This document shows, piece by piece, positions 36,070 to 44,650 of a DNA stretch of 64,000 bases. Within the stretch, counting starts at the first letter, position 1. Each line of letters opens with the position of its first letter. The notes under the pieces are model-generated. The model saw only the letters and a list, made by a program, of their open reading frames with translations, searched no databases and was not told the origin of the DNA. Location: the IMG/VR virus record IMGVR_UViG_3300028048_000003. One strand, given 5' to 3'. This DNA comes from a virus. The translations under genes and the position numbers were made by a program.

Positions 36070-36678
36070 ACCGCCGAACATGCTGTTCTGGCTGCTCTGC
36101 AAGATGATACATGCAAGAGCCGTAGCACTTCCAATGCGTTTCGGAGTACGAATACTTCCAACGCCATTTGAGAAGCCATTTTTCAGCATCTTCCCAAGAG
36201 GATTGAAAAAGCAATTAAACGTAATTCCGTAATATCCCAAATCGTGAATATAAACTCTACCTTTTCGGTGATTTTCTGCGTACTTCTTACTCATCCGCGA
36301 CAAATTAAACCGCTTTGTAGCCGCTTCTGCTACGGAATACATCTTACTTGCCGCTGAACCGTTAGCCGCATTAGCATTGTCGGTATTGATTGTAGAGTAC
36401 AGACGCGCAATTTCTTTATTCAAATCGCTGCCATACTCTCGGTAATCTGTGCGTTTCTGCCGATAGAGAATATACGCCTTGGCAACGTCAGGGTATTTCT
36501 CCATCAACTTCTTTTCAACAGCATCGTGAATCTCATCCACGGTTACGTCCCTATCGAACGAGATTTCATTAGCGATTTCCTTGCCAATCTCTGCACTCTT
36601 AGCGGCCTTTGTCACCGCATTTTCAATCTTTTCCTTCTTGAACGGCTCTTTCCGTCCGTCATGCTTCGTTACTGTCAT
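36070..36678 (-). CDS. nrdD: anaerobic ribonucleoside-triphosphate reductase, exon 1 (ATP-cone)
   Basis: Starts MTVTKHDGRKEPFKKEKIENAV (ATP-cone-like) and ends ...SSQNSMFGG. Confidence 0.8.
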
Positions 36679-36844
36679 TTTTCTCCTCCAAAACCTTATA
36701 CATACCTCCTGCTCGATAAGCAACTACTACGTTACCCTCGGCATCCTTAAACAAGTACACATCGCCACAAGCGCACCTAGCGTACCCATTCTCCATATAC
36801 TTATCCCACAGCACATCCCAGCACCTCATGCACTTGACTTTCAT
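36659..36844 (-). CDS. small Cys-containing protein (61 aa)
   Basis: CMRC ... CAC pattern. Coupled to neighbouring genes. Confidence 0.45.
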   Translation of the reverse strand: MKVKCMRCWDVLWDKYMENGYARCACGDVYLFKDAEGNVVVAYRAGGMYKVLEEKNDSNEA

Positions 36845-37503
36845 AATGTAAAATCCTCTGCAAGCTGGCTGAACTTACCGCGGAAATTCTTTGTAAGGGA
36901 AATCGAATTGCCGAGAACTGACAGATATTTACCATACTTCACAAAATCGTTGTTATGATAACCCCTGTTGTCCTTCTGGAAACTGTCTCCGATAAGCACC
37001 ACATGGCAATCATCGTGGCAACGTGTAAAGATGAGCTTCAAGGTTTCATAGTCGCAGTTTTCGGCTTCATCGATAATCACGCCAGCCCTCTCAAAGTTCA
37101 CGCCCCTGAGATTACTGTCTGTGGTCAAATGCAATAGCTTTCCAGCCCTGAGTGCTTGAATCTCATACGGTGTGAATCCCAACGTTTCCATAGCGTCGTA
37201 CACGGGATTGAACAGCGCTTCTGTCTTATCCTCCATAGTCCCAGGTAAAAATCCGTTCTGTAAGAACCTCTGAGAGACCTTCTGGATGTAGATAATCTTG
37301 TTGATTACGTCATTCGCCAAGAGGTCAATCATAGCTGCACAGGAAACAATCGTCTTACCAGTACCAGCCGCAGCTTCGATAAAAGTAAACACATTGTCTG
37401 TGATACTACTGAAAGCATACTTCTGCTCCTGTGTCATACTTGCATAGAACCTATCGCGGTCTTTTCTATTCTTGAGTTCGATATATGGCTTATCGTTCAC
37501 CAT
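36841..37503 (-). CDS. PhoH-like ATPase
   Basis: Walker A AAAGTGKT and Walker B IIDEAEN. The size and motif order are PhoH-like. Confidence 0.75.
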   Translation of the reverse strand: MVNDKPYIELKNRKDRDRFYASMTQEQKYAFSSITDNVFTFIEAAAGTGKTIVSCAAMIDLLANDVINKIIYIQKVSQRFLQNGFLPGTMEDKTEALFNPVYDAMETLGFTPYEIQALRAGKLLHLTTDSNLRGVNFERAGVIIDEAENCDYETLKLIFTRCHDDCHVVLIGDSFQKDNRGYHNNDFVKYGKYLSVLGNSISLTKNFRGKFSQLAEDFTL

Positions 37504-37732
37504 ATTTGCCCTCTACATACTTCTTCGCAAGACCTACAATAGCATTGGCAACCATATCCTTATTCTTCTCTTTTTCAAGTACAGCGCCGACGAGATAGAT
37601 AGCAGCGCGAATCAAAGAGACCTCTCCGTGCATCGCCACATAGTCCTCATCATCTCCGAACATGACCATAGCATAGCCGCTATAACCATGTTTCTTGCAC
37701 TCATCGAGAACCTGACTCTCAAAATCGTCCAT
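37490..37732 (-). CDS. hypothetical protein (80 aa)
   Basis: Coupled ORF. Confidence 0.45.
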   Translation of the reverse strand: MDDFESQVLDECKKHGYSGYAMVMFGDDEDYVAMHGEVSLIRAAIYLVGAVLEKEKNKDMVANAIVGLAKKYVEGKYGER

Positions 37733-37735
37733 TGA

Positions 37736-38191
37736 CTACCTCCAAATCTTCACCAAGATACGTTGTCTACCGAAGCGAAAGGCTTCTTTCTTTGAGTTCA
37801 TGTAGATGTCTATACGGTTTGTATATCCACCACCGAATCTATCTTCAACGGTATAAATATGACCGTTTATTTCAACCTTTGTGCCGAAGGGGACGCCATC
37901 CATAGCGATTGTCCTTCCCGCTGTCGCCCTCCTGCCGCTCGCCGTTATGCCGTCACCCTTGGCGCACTCATCGTCCGAAGAGGTATAAGCACTGACATTG
38001 GCAACCATCTCTCGATAAGCAGGTTCTTCTACCTTCTGAACAGGCTCAACAACAGGCTCTTTTACAGGTGATATGTATGTATCGTGCCAAACTTTATGAG
38101 CCTTTGCCGCATGGTGAGGTTTTAGCAGCAGGAACACAACGAGGACGGCTTTGACCAGACCGAAAAATAGTTTACGACCCAACGACACCAA
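37736..38191 (-). CDS. membrane-anchored 3D-domain cell-wall hydrolase-like protein
   Basis: N-terminal transmembrane helix. C-terminus: TASGRRATAGRTIAMD ... YTVEDRFGGG...RIDIYM, typical of 3D (MltA/YuiC-like) domains. Confidence 0.6.
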   Translation of the reverse strand: MVSLGRKLFFGLVKAVLVVFLLLKPHHAAKAHKVWHDTYISPVKEPVVEPVQKVEEPAYREMVANVSAYTSSDDECAKGDGITASGRRATAGRTIAMDGVPFGTKVEINGHIYTVEDRFGGGYTNRIDIYMNSKKEAFRFGRQRILVKIWR

Positions 38192-38759
38192 ACTCCTCTG
38201 CCCACGGAAGAGTGCTGATGAACTTGCAGAACTCCCTCCACTCTGGCAGTCTGTGATTGTGCCGCTGATACCAAATAGTTTTCAACTGGGCGTAGTTTGT
38301 GACGATGCCAGCACCAAGGCAGATACCCTCGGGCATATTTGACTTCACTGCGAGGAGATTCTCTTCGGACGGGTGCTCTATATACTCCTCAACAATGTCC
38401 TCAAAAATACCAAGGATAGTGGGATGTACATACTTGTTCGCCATCTTTTTATAGTCCAGAGATTTTACCTTGTGCATCGAGGACATACTGTTTTTGGTGA
38501 ACCAATGATAGGTATCGTGCTGCTGCCACCAGTACCGAGGAGCGATAATGTCATAAGCCACCGTAATTTGTCTGAGAAACTTATCATCCCCATGACCATA
38601 CGGCGAATTGCCCAGCTTGTCACCTCGCTTAATCAGCTTGACCTTATCTACGTCTACATCGTTCATATCCTTAATTTCTGTGGACATAGGGTAGCCAGCG
38701 CGGATAAGAGCTTCTTGAATCCCCCATACATCCACATTAAGAATCTTTATGTGCTCCAT
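38172..38759 (-). CDS. ThyX-like (Thy1-fold) protein lacking the RHR signature
   Basis: GHGDDKFLRQITVAYDI and NYAQLKTIWYQRHNHRLPEWREF line up with the ThyX N- and C-terminal blocks. Where RHR-x7-S is expected the sequence reads DTYHWFTKNSMSS. Confidence 0.45.
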   Translation of the reverse strand: MEHIKILNVDVWGIQEALIRAGYPMSTEIKDMNDVDVDKVKLIKRGDKLGNSPYGHGDDKFLRQITVAYDIIAPRYWWQQHDTYHWFTKNSMSSMHKVKSLDYKKMANKYVHPTILGIFEDIVEEYIEHPSEENLLAVKSNMPEGICLGAGIVTNYAQLKTIWYQRHNHRLPEWREFCKFISTLPWAEEFGVVGS

Positions 38760-39048
38760 GTTTACCCCCTCGAATTGCAATCAGGTATCTAGCCTTGCCA
38801 ATCGCCGCATCGTCGGCTTTATAGACAAGATTCATACCCGTAGAATAATCAAAATCGCAGAACATATCGAAGAGAGGAGCTTCTTTGCTTTCTTCTGGGT
38901 AATTCCTCTGCAATTCCACCAGTTGTTTAGCTCGTTTTGTCCAGTCCGCATCCGAGATGATATTTTCATTGAATTTGTAGTAAACAACCGAATGGACAAG
39001 CGTTTGAAGCCGTCTTCTTTTGATAAGCTCTACGATTTGTTTATTCAT
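38737..39048 (-). CDS. hypothetical protein (103 aa)
   Basis: Coupled between dut and the ThyX-like gene. Confidence 0.45.
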   Translation of the reverse strand: MNKQIVELIKRRRLQTLVHSVVYYKFNENIISDADWTKRAKQLVELQRNYPEESKEAPLFDMFCDFDYSTGMNLVYKADDAAIGKARYLIAIRGGKHGAHKDS

Positions 39049-39726
39049 TTATTCTCCCGTACTCCCAATACCACCATCACGCGAATCAGCAGGAGCATCA
39101 TCACTGACAAGGAACTTCTGGAAGATACCCTGTGCAATCTTGTCTCCCTTATGAACAACCTGCGGTGTATCGCCGTAGTTATACAGGAAAAGCATGATAT
39201 GCCCCTCGTTTGAAGAGTTGTTGTAGTAGTCAGAATCAATAATTCCGACCGTATTGGGGAGGATAAGGTGCTTCTTTACCCCCATCGAAGAACGAGGATA
39301 GATTTTCAATACCTCATCGGAGAGCATATACGCTTTTACGCCAGAAGGAATACATTTTTGCTCACCGCTGCCGATAACACAATCAACAGGGGAATAGAAA
39401 TCGTACCCTGCCGAGAAAACTGTGCTACGCTTTGGGAGAATGATGTCCTCTTGGTTGAGGTTTGTCTTTTTCACCTTCTCGAAACCGCGCTCTGGTTTTT
39501 CCAGCACATCGCAGAAAGAATTGCAAATCCCCTCAATTGCGCTCATCCGAAGCCCCTTCATAATTTTGGCTTCTTCCCTTGTCACATCGTTCTCTTCACA
39601 GAACTTATCGAAGCGTTCCTTTTCTCTCCGTACTGCTTCAACCAAAATCTGTGCTGCATTACCCTTGTTCATCTGCGCTTTCCTTTCTTGTTCTGTGTTT
39701 TCCAATCCATCAGCTTCTTCTGCCAC
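39049..39726 (-). CDS. dut: dUTPase with an N-terminal extension of about 85 aa
   Basis: Motifs AGYD, PRSS, GIIDSDY and RDGGIGSTGE are in trimeric-dUTPase order in the C-terminal 140 aa. Confidence 0.85.
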   Translation of the reverse strand: MAEEADGLENTEQERKAQMNKGNAAQILVEAVRREKERFDKFCEENDVTREEAKIMKGLRMSAIEGICNSFCDVLEKPERGFEKVKKTNLNQEDIILPKRSTVFSAGYDFYSPVDCVIGSGEQKCIPSGVKAYMLSDEVLKIYPRSSMGVKKHLILPNTVGIIDSDYYNNSSNEGHIMLFLYNYGDTPQVVHKGDKIAQGIFQKFLVSDDAPADSRDGGIGSTGE

Positions 39727-39890
39727 GGCTCAAGCTCTTCATAAGGAGGAAGGCCGCCGATACAATGCTTTAGAATACCCTTTTCGAGATTCTCATCGAC
39801 GATTTTTTCCATTTTTTCCTTGTACTCGTCAGCGTTTTTGCGTGTGGAATCATAGTAAATCCATGTTCCGTGATACTTGTACTTGTCCAA
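39669..39890 (-). CDS. hypothetical protein (73 aa, TTG start proposed)
   Basis: GGGGAGG lies 9 nt upstream of a TTG at 39890. The longer ORF-track version (to 40043) has no ribosome-binding site. Confidence 0.35.
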   Translation of the reverse strand: MDKYKYHGTWIYYDSTRKNADEYKEKMEKIVDENLEKGILKHCIGGLPPYEELEPWQKKLMDWKTQNKKGKRR

Positions 39891-40229
39891 ATATTCTGTC
39901 CTCCCCGATAAGTAAAATTTTAATACCCCAGACTGCACAGGTATCTGTCTCCAATTACGCAGGAGAGTTTGAACGGTCGATACATCCCGAACATCACGCC
40001 GTAGGTCTATCCTAGGAATACAATACAACACATGTCTAGGCAATCTCTCACCGCCGAATCGAGGGACTTATATGGGAGCGCCCGACATATCGCCTGTGTC
40101 ATATCGGAGTTTTAACGTCTTGTCTTTGACAGCTTAATTTAGAATGTTATTTATATACCTGTTTTACGGCTTATCTCTCGGCATGACCGTACCTCGTTAC
40201 TTTCTCGCACTTGCGCTACATCTGGATAA

Positions 40230-40320
40230 TGGTGCGAGAGACGGGATTCGAACCCGTATGATATTTCTATCGAGGGTTTTTAAGACCCTTGCGCCTACCA
40301 CATGATTACGCCACTCTCGC
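40230..40320 (-). tRNA. tRNA-Leu (anticodon UAA), type II with a long variable arm, CCA encoded
   Basis: Acceptor stem GCGAGAG/CTCTCGC. Anticodon stem AGGGT/ACCCT with loop CTTAAAA. T-arm ACGGG-TTCGAAT-CCCGT. Confidence 0.9.
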
Positions 40321-40663
40321 ATAATAATTGGTTTTTTCGTCTTTTCCTTGACGACCTAGCTTTTCAGATGTGTTTTAGTGCTGGCCAGTCACTTCAAGCA
40401 TAGTCCCATTCACATCAGGGGCTTTAGGATTCGGTGCGGCGCTCCTGCCACCTTTCAGACAGGTCGCAATCCGCAGAGATGGTTCCAACATTTTTTAAGC
40501 GCATTTTCCATTCGGCGCTGCTGTTTTACCCACCTACCAGCAAGGGAAGCCTGAGCGTCGTGAATCGCGGCCTTGTCAGCCAAAACCAGTATGCTCCTAA
40601 AACATCAGGGACATCTGGAGTTCACGGTGGCTCACGCAAAAAAACTCGACCAATCATTCATAA
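40321..40663 (-). ncRNA. 343-nt ORF-free structured spacer inside the tRNA operon (candidate ncRNA)
   Basis: It is co-transcribed between tRNA-Thr and tRNA-Leu and is GC-rich. A 9-mer, ACATCAGGG, is repeated at 40412 and 40602, each next to one arm of the complementary pair TTTAGGA/TCCTAAA. Several local hairpins are present. Confidence 0.35.
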
Positions 40664-40739
40664 TGGAGCTACCGAGAGGAATCGAACCTCCAACCTACGC
40701 ATTACAAGTGCGTTGCTCTACCAGTTGAGCTACGATAGC
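40664..40739 (-). tRNA. tRNA-Thr (anticodon UGU)
   Basis: Cloverleaf read by hand. Anticodon stem ACGCA/TGCGT with loop CTTGTAA. T-loop GGAGG-TTCGATT-CCTCT. CCA encoded. Confidence 0.9.
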
Positions 40740-40898
40740 ATGATAATGTACCCAGATGTCAAAAGAATCTTTTTTAGTTGGAAAGGAGGTATTCTTACTG
40801 GGTACATCTTTATAAAATCACCCTTTTTTATAAATTGCTCAGGTCAACCTTTATAAAATATCGCTTTTTTATAAAAACAGGTGATTAAATAAACATAT

Positions 40899-40973
40899 TG
40901 GCAGGGGTTACTGGACTCGAACCAGTGATGCGGGAGTCAAAGTCCCGTGCCTTAACCACTTGGCAAAACCCCT
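40899..40973 (-). tRNA. tRNA-Gln (anticodon UUG)
   Basis: Acceptor stem AGGGGTT/AACCCCT. Anticodon stem CGGGA/TCCCG with loop CTTTGAC. T-arm ACTGG-TTCGAGT-CCAGT. CCA encoded. Confidence 0.85.
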
Positions 40974-40975
40974 AT

Positions 40976-41051
<76 letters not shown>

Positions 41052-41130
41052 ATGATATATGGTTTTAGCGAGTTTTCCTTCTCGATTTGAGGTTTTCTTC
41101 TCTTCCGAAGTTCTCCTCACTACGGTTTAT

Positions 41131-41159
41131 ATCATATCACTTTTTAGGTCTGTTGTAAA
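41131..41159 (-). promoter_or_regulatory. sigma70-type promoter of the tRNA operon
   Basis: On the minus strand: TTTACA (41159-41154), 17-nt spacer, TATGAT (41136-41131). About 75 nt upstream of tRNA-Lys. Confidence 0.55.
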
Positions 41160-41188
41160 CAAAAAATTTATTTATATAACGTAATTTT

Positions 41189-41767
41189 TCATTTACTCAA
41201 CTCATTGAAGAAAGACGGCTGGAGTGCAAACATGAAGTCCTTATATGACTCATCGAGGGAAACCATGTCAGCGTAGTCCTGTTCAAAGAACTTGTGCAGC
41301 TCCCCGTAGTTGCGGTCAGAGACTTCTCGAATAGCATACTTCTCGCCGCTCTCGCTCTCAATCACGTTACCGTTCACGGCCTTGGAGTGCTTTACCAAAT
41401 CATAGAAGATATTCTCATCCATGACATAGCAGAACCCTGTGATATAAAGTATCTTCTTCTCTCCGATTAGCCGACGAATCCGCTCAAAAGACTGCCGCTT
41501 CTTGTTCTCTACCTTACGTTCTACACCGAAGATGGTCACGCGCAAGTCAGAATCAGCGCCCTCACGAATCTTCTTATATGCGCCAGAACCGTCAATGATA
41601 CGAGCTTCAAATCCCTGTCTCTGGAAATGCAGGAGCAACTTCTTTTCAGACTTCTTCCCTCGCCGCTTGTTGGAACGTCCGATAGCCTGTCTCGATTTGC
41701 TCTTCTTACGCTCAAACTTGTTGTACTCTTTACACTTACGACACATACCGCGAGTCTCACTAGACAA
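41189..41767 (-). CDS. putative Holliday-junction resolvase-like PD-(D/E)XK nuclease
   Basis: The N-terminus has CRKC and a basic stretch. The core then shows G..E....L...GF......GSGA....DL.V......VE.K spacing, reminiscent of Hjc-type resolvases. Confidence 0.35.
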   Translation of the reverse strand: MSSETRGMCRKCKEYNKFERKKSKSRQAIGRSNKRRGKKSEKKLLLHFQRQGFEARIIDGSGAYKKIREGADSDLRVTIFGVERKVENKKRQSFERIRRLIGEKKILYITGFCYVMDENIFYDLVKHSKAVNGNVIESESGEKYAIREVSDRNYGELHKFFEQDYADMVSLDESYKDFMFALQPSFFNELSK

Positions 41768-41778
41768 GCAGTACGGCT

Positions 41779-41988
41779 TTACAACACACTCAGAAATGGT
41801 GCATCCTCCTCCTCTACATCGTCAATCACAATGTTTGCGAACATATCCTCATCTGTATAGTCCTCTGGGTAGTCAATCATCATCTGTGCTGCTTCTTTTT
41901 TTGATGTAGCGCGGACAATAGAGCTATCATCCGTATGCCACCTCACACGGTACGTCTTAGTCTCCAAAATGGATGTACCTCTTTGCAA
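41779..41988 (-). CDS. hypothetical acidic protein (69 aa)
   Basis: ORF track, compact spacing. Confidence 0.45.
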   Translation of the reverse strand: MQRGTSILETKTYRVRWHTDDSSIVRATSKKEAAQMMIDYPEDYTDEDMFANIVIDDVEEEDAPFLSVL

Positions 41989-42096
41989 TCTTCTCGATTA
42001 GCGACAAAAAACCGCTCATTACTACCCAACCAAGTGCCAGACCAGCACTGAGCATAACTCCATCTACAAACAACATTCCTATCACTTTCCTTTCTA

Positions 42097-42444
42097 TCAT
42101 TCCAATCTATCAGGCACAGGCTCTCCCCAGAAATCATGCCGCGCAATATCACAAAACATATCGGCAATACCAAGTTCATTGATACCGAAAGAGATAGCCA
42201 GAGCCTTATCGCCTTTTACCGTATCGCGAATTTCCTTCAATATTTCAAGATACTCCATTATTACCTTCGCTTTCATATTGCAAATAAAAGGAGAACGACG
42301 GAGAGCAAGCTCTGCTGCGTAAAGAGCATTGTTTTCCTCATCCGAAAAGATGAACTTCATATCTTCTTTCTCTTCTTTTAGGCGCATCTTCTCGATGATT
42401 TTAATAGCTTTCTTTCTCTTCATATCAATCACCAATTTCATCAC
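42097..42444 (-). CDS. hypothetical protein (115 aa)
   Basis: ORF track, coupled to its neighbour. Confidence 0.5.
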   Translation of the reverse strand: MMKLVIDMKRKKAIKIIEKMRLKEEKEDMKFIFSDEENNALYAAELALRRSPFICNMKAKVIMEYLEILKEIRDTVKGDKALAISFGINELGIADMFCDIARHDFWGEPVPDRLE

Positions 42445-42826
42445 GCAGCTCTAGCTCTTCATCGCTATATTTACACCACATATAGTTGCAATAATCGGCT
42501 TCATTGACGTACTTGTTGAAGTCACGCCAAGTCATATCAACTAACCTATCATACACTTTCCTTTCCTTGAAATAATACTTTTGAAGCAAGCGATATTTCG
42601 CCAGTTTCTTCCCTTTTTCGAGGTCAAACTTATCGTCTGGATGGCACTTCGCAACACCGACCAGCCCACCTTTTGTAAGCTCATCGGCATACTTTCCTAT
42701 CCTGTCCTTCACTTGAACAGAGAGGTGTTTTTCTTCAAAGATACCATTTACGATTTGATAGCCGTCTGGTTCATCTCCAGAAAACCGAGCGTAGACTTCG
42801 TTTCCCTTGCGCGTATACTCAATCAT
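42425..42826 (-). CDS. hypothetical protein (133 aa)
   Basis: ORF track, coupled. Confidence 0.5.
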   Translation of the reverse strand: MIEYTRKGNEVYARFSGDEPDGYQIVNGIFEEKHLSVQVKDRIGKYADELTKGGLVGVAKCHPDDKFDLEKGKKLAKYRLLQKYYFKERKVYDRLVDMTWRDFNKYVNEADYCNYMWCKYSDEELELRDEIGD

Positions 42827-43098
42827 TGTTTTCCCTCCCCAAGGATTCCAAGTGCTTCTGGCAGACTGATAATACCATTTTCGCGTAGCAATTCTTTTTC
42901 CTTATCTGCTTTCCATGACGCATCGGAGCAAAAAATATCATACCAATCTAACACAGACAGAATCACCTCTCCGCATCTATCGCACCTGCAAACATCATAA
43001 ATCTTTACGTTCACGTTCATATAGCTAGAAGAAATTACATACGCTGGAATACGCTTTCCTTTCCGCTTATGCCCAAAGAGATGACAAAGAATACTCAC
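42823..43098 (-). CDS. small zinc-finger-like protein (91 aa)
   Basis: CRCDRC plus upstream His/Cys residues. Coupled. Confidence 0.5.
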   Translation of the reverse strand: MSILCHLFGHKRKGKRIPAYVISSSYMNVNVKIYDVCRCDRCGEVILSVLDWYDIFCSDASWKADKEKELLRENGIISLPEALGILGEGKQ

Positions 43099-43352
43099 TT
43101 TTCCACACTCCTATAATCGTCACAACTCCACGACAAATCTCCCATGCTGACAGGGGACTGTTTCATACTCTTTTTACAGAACTCAGAATCTTTGTTTCTA
43201 TGGCAGCTTGTCTCGGCACAATCAGCTAAACAGAAGCAAATGTCAGAACTTGACCCTGTATACTTCCATGTATGATACTCCTTAGTCCCCAATTCTGGGT
43301 TTTGACTCACGACATCAAGGGTTTTCATTACTTGTTTCCTCCTCTGTCCCAA
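43095..43352 (-). CDS. small Cys-rich protein (85 aa)
   Basis: ORF track, coupled. Confidence 0.45.
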   Translation of the reverse strand: MGQRRKQVMKTLDVVSQNPELGTKEYHTWKYTGSSSDICFCLADCAETSCHRNKDSEFCKKSMKQSPVSMGDLSWSCDDYRSVEK

Positions 43353-43361
43353 TAAGTTCCA

Positions 43362-43739
43362 TCACTTATCCTCTCTTACCGTAATCCTCAATGAGTCCTT
43401 ATCTGTTTCTCCTTCGATAAAAGAGATTATGTAGTCACCATACAATTCGATTCGGAAAAAGCCTCCGTAAGCAGAATTAATAAAGACAATGGCTAATGAA
43501 AACTTGTCATGTATAACGCATACCTGTGTATCGTATTTATGCAAAAAGAGAGTCATATCGTCTCCAATAACCACTTCATTATGTCCATTTACGATAGAGG
43601 AGAAGAGGTCTTCAAGGATTTTTATATTTTTGCAAGCGAGCTTTTTATCGTCCTTTGGAAAGTCATGTATGTTCATCTTATAAGAATGGAGTGTCACTAC
43701 ATTCCTTTGACCGAAAACCGAACGTTCAATTATTTGCAT
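43362..43739 (-). CDS. hypothetical protein (125 aa)
   Basis: ORF track. Confidence 0.5.
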   Translation of the reverse strand: MQIIERSVFGQRNVVTLHSYKMNIHDFPKDDKKLACKNIKILEDLFSSIVNGHNEVVIGDDMTLFLHKYDTQVCVIHDKFSLAIVFINSAYGGFFRIELYGDYIISFIEGETDKDSLRITVREDK

Positions 43740-43945
43740 ATCCAGTTCCCATCCTTAAACTCTACGTCAAAAGCACTTCCCGCTAAATACTTTTTGTCGA
43801 AATCGCTTTCTGGAATAGCGCATCCACATGTAAGGCAATCCTCATCACAACCGTCACAATCTAGTTTATTTCGCGTACAGAAATCACAGCACATGTTATC
43901 CATATCGCAATCAGGAACAGCGTCTTTACACCTCAAAACAATCAT
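43730..43945 (-). CDS. Cys-rich small protein, paralog 2 (71 aa)
   Basis: Cysteine pattern C-x6-C-x4-CC-x2-C-x6-C-x2-C-x6-C-x-C, shared with the adjacent ORF. Confidence 0.55.
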   Translation of the reverse strand: MIVLRCKDAVPDCDMDNMCCDFCTRNKLDCDGCDEDCLTCGCAIPESDFDKKYLAGSAFDVEFKDGNWICK

Positions 43946-44151
43946 CCCTTTCCGTTATCGTTTACGATTCTTTCAAGTTCCTCTAAATCATCGCTATCCT
44001 CTCGAATTGCACATCCGCAAAAGAAGAACTCGTAATCACATCCAACACATTCTGCTCTATCTTTGACACAGAAATTACAACACATATTATTCATCCTACA
44101 TTCGTCGTTTTTTATGCTACACTTCAAAACACCACGACCTTCCCATGCCAT
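43942..44151 (-). CDS. Cys-rich small protein, paralog 1 (69 aa)
   Basis: Same cysteine spacing, with NMCC(N/D)FC and CGCAI blocks. Confidence 0.55.
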   Translation of the reverse strand: MAWEGRGVLKCSIKNDECRMNNMCCNFCVKDRAECVGCDYEFFFCGCAIREDSDDLEELERIVNDNGKG

Positions 44152-44333
44152 CCTTCTTGCATAACCCTACAAACCAAGTTATATGCTCCATCCTCCGTAT
44201 AGGTGTGAACCTTCGCTTTAGGTGGGTATTTCCTTAGTTCGTGAATCATGTCTTCCACGGTCATTCCCTTGATGTATGTAGCAAACCGTTTCCTCGATGG
44301 GGCGCGGTCAACGTTTTCAACCTTCGTAATCAT
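44124..44333 (-). CDS. hypothetical protein (69 aa)
   Basis: ATG at 44333 overlaps the upstream stop as ATGA. Confidence 0.45.
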   Translation of the reverse strand: MITKVENVDRAPSRKRFATYIKGMTVEDMIHELRKYPPKAKVHTYTEDGAYNLVCRVMQEGWHGKVVVF

Positions 44334-44473
44334 GCGTCGAACCCCAGATAGTAGTCCCAAGAGCAAGCGGCAGCCACAGCTAGTTCGTACTTGCCCCAGC
44401 CGATTTCTCTCGCAAGCATAATGACCTCTTTCATCTTCTCGATTAGCTCATCAATCTTCTCGTCTTTTTCCAT
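44330..44473 (-). CDS. possible small protein (47 aa)
   Basis: Below the track cutoff. Coupled by ATGA overlap. MEKDEKIDELIEKMKEV... Confidence 0.3.
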   Translation of the reverse strand: MEKDEKIDELIEKMKEVIMLAREIGWGKYELAVAAACSWDYYLGFDA

Positions 44474-44650
44474 TCGCTTTCCTCTCGAACCATAAACGGC
44501 ATAATTCCTTCGCGTGATTTACCACGTTCACAATATCATCGTTTCCATTCACGTTGATACTCATTTCTTTCAGCGTCCCCTGCATCGTATCGTCGTGAAT
44601 CGTAATCGTCACCAAATCAAAAATCGCCAACTTTCCAAAAATAAACTTGA

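Noticed and set aside
33927-36723. Reading the three nrdD fragments as a disrupted pseudogene or as separate subunits.
   Set aside because: The fragments join in frame precisely at U/G-bounded junctions with P1 pairings and shared group I core sequences. An intact nrdG lies next door.
40434-40856. 140-aa plus-strand ORF across the tRNA cluster.
   Set aside because: It runs antisense through tRNA-Thr and the structured spacer. It has no ribosome-binding site.
41943-42179. 78-aa minus-strand ORF bridging 41988-42097.
   Set aside because: It overlaps both neighbouring, better-supported genes out of frame and has a Cys/Trp/Arg-rich sequence. A short internal start cannot be excluded, but there is no support for one.
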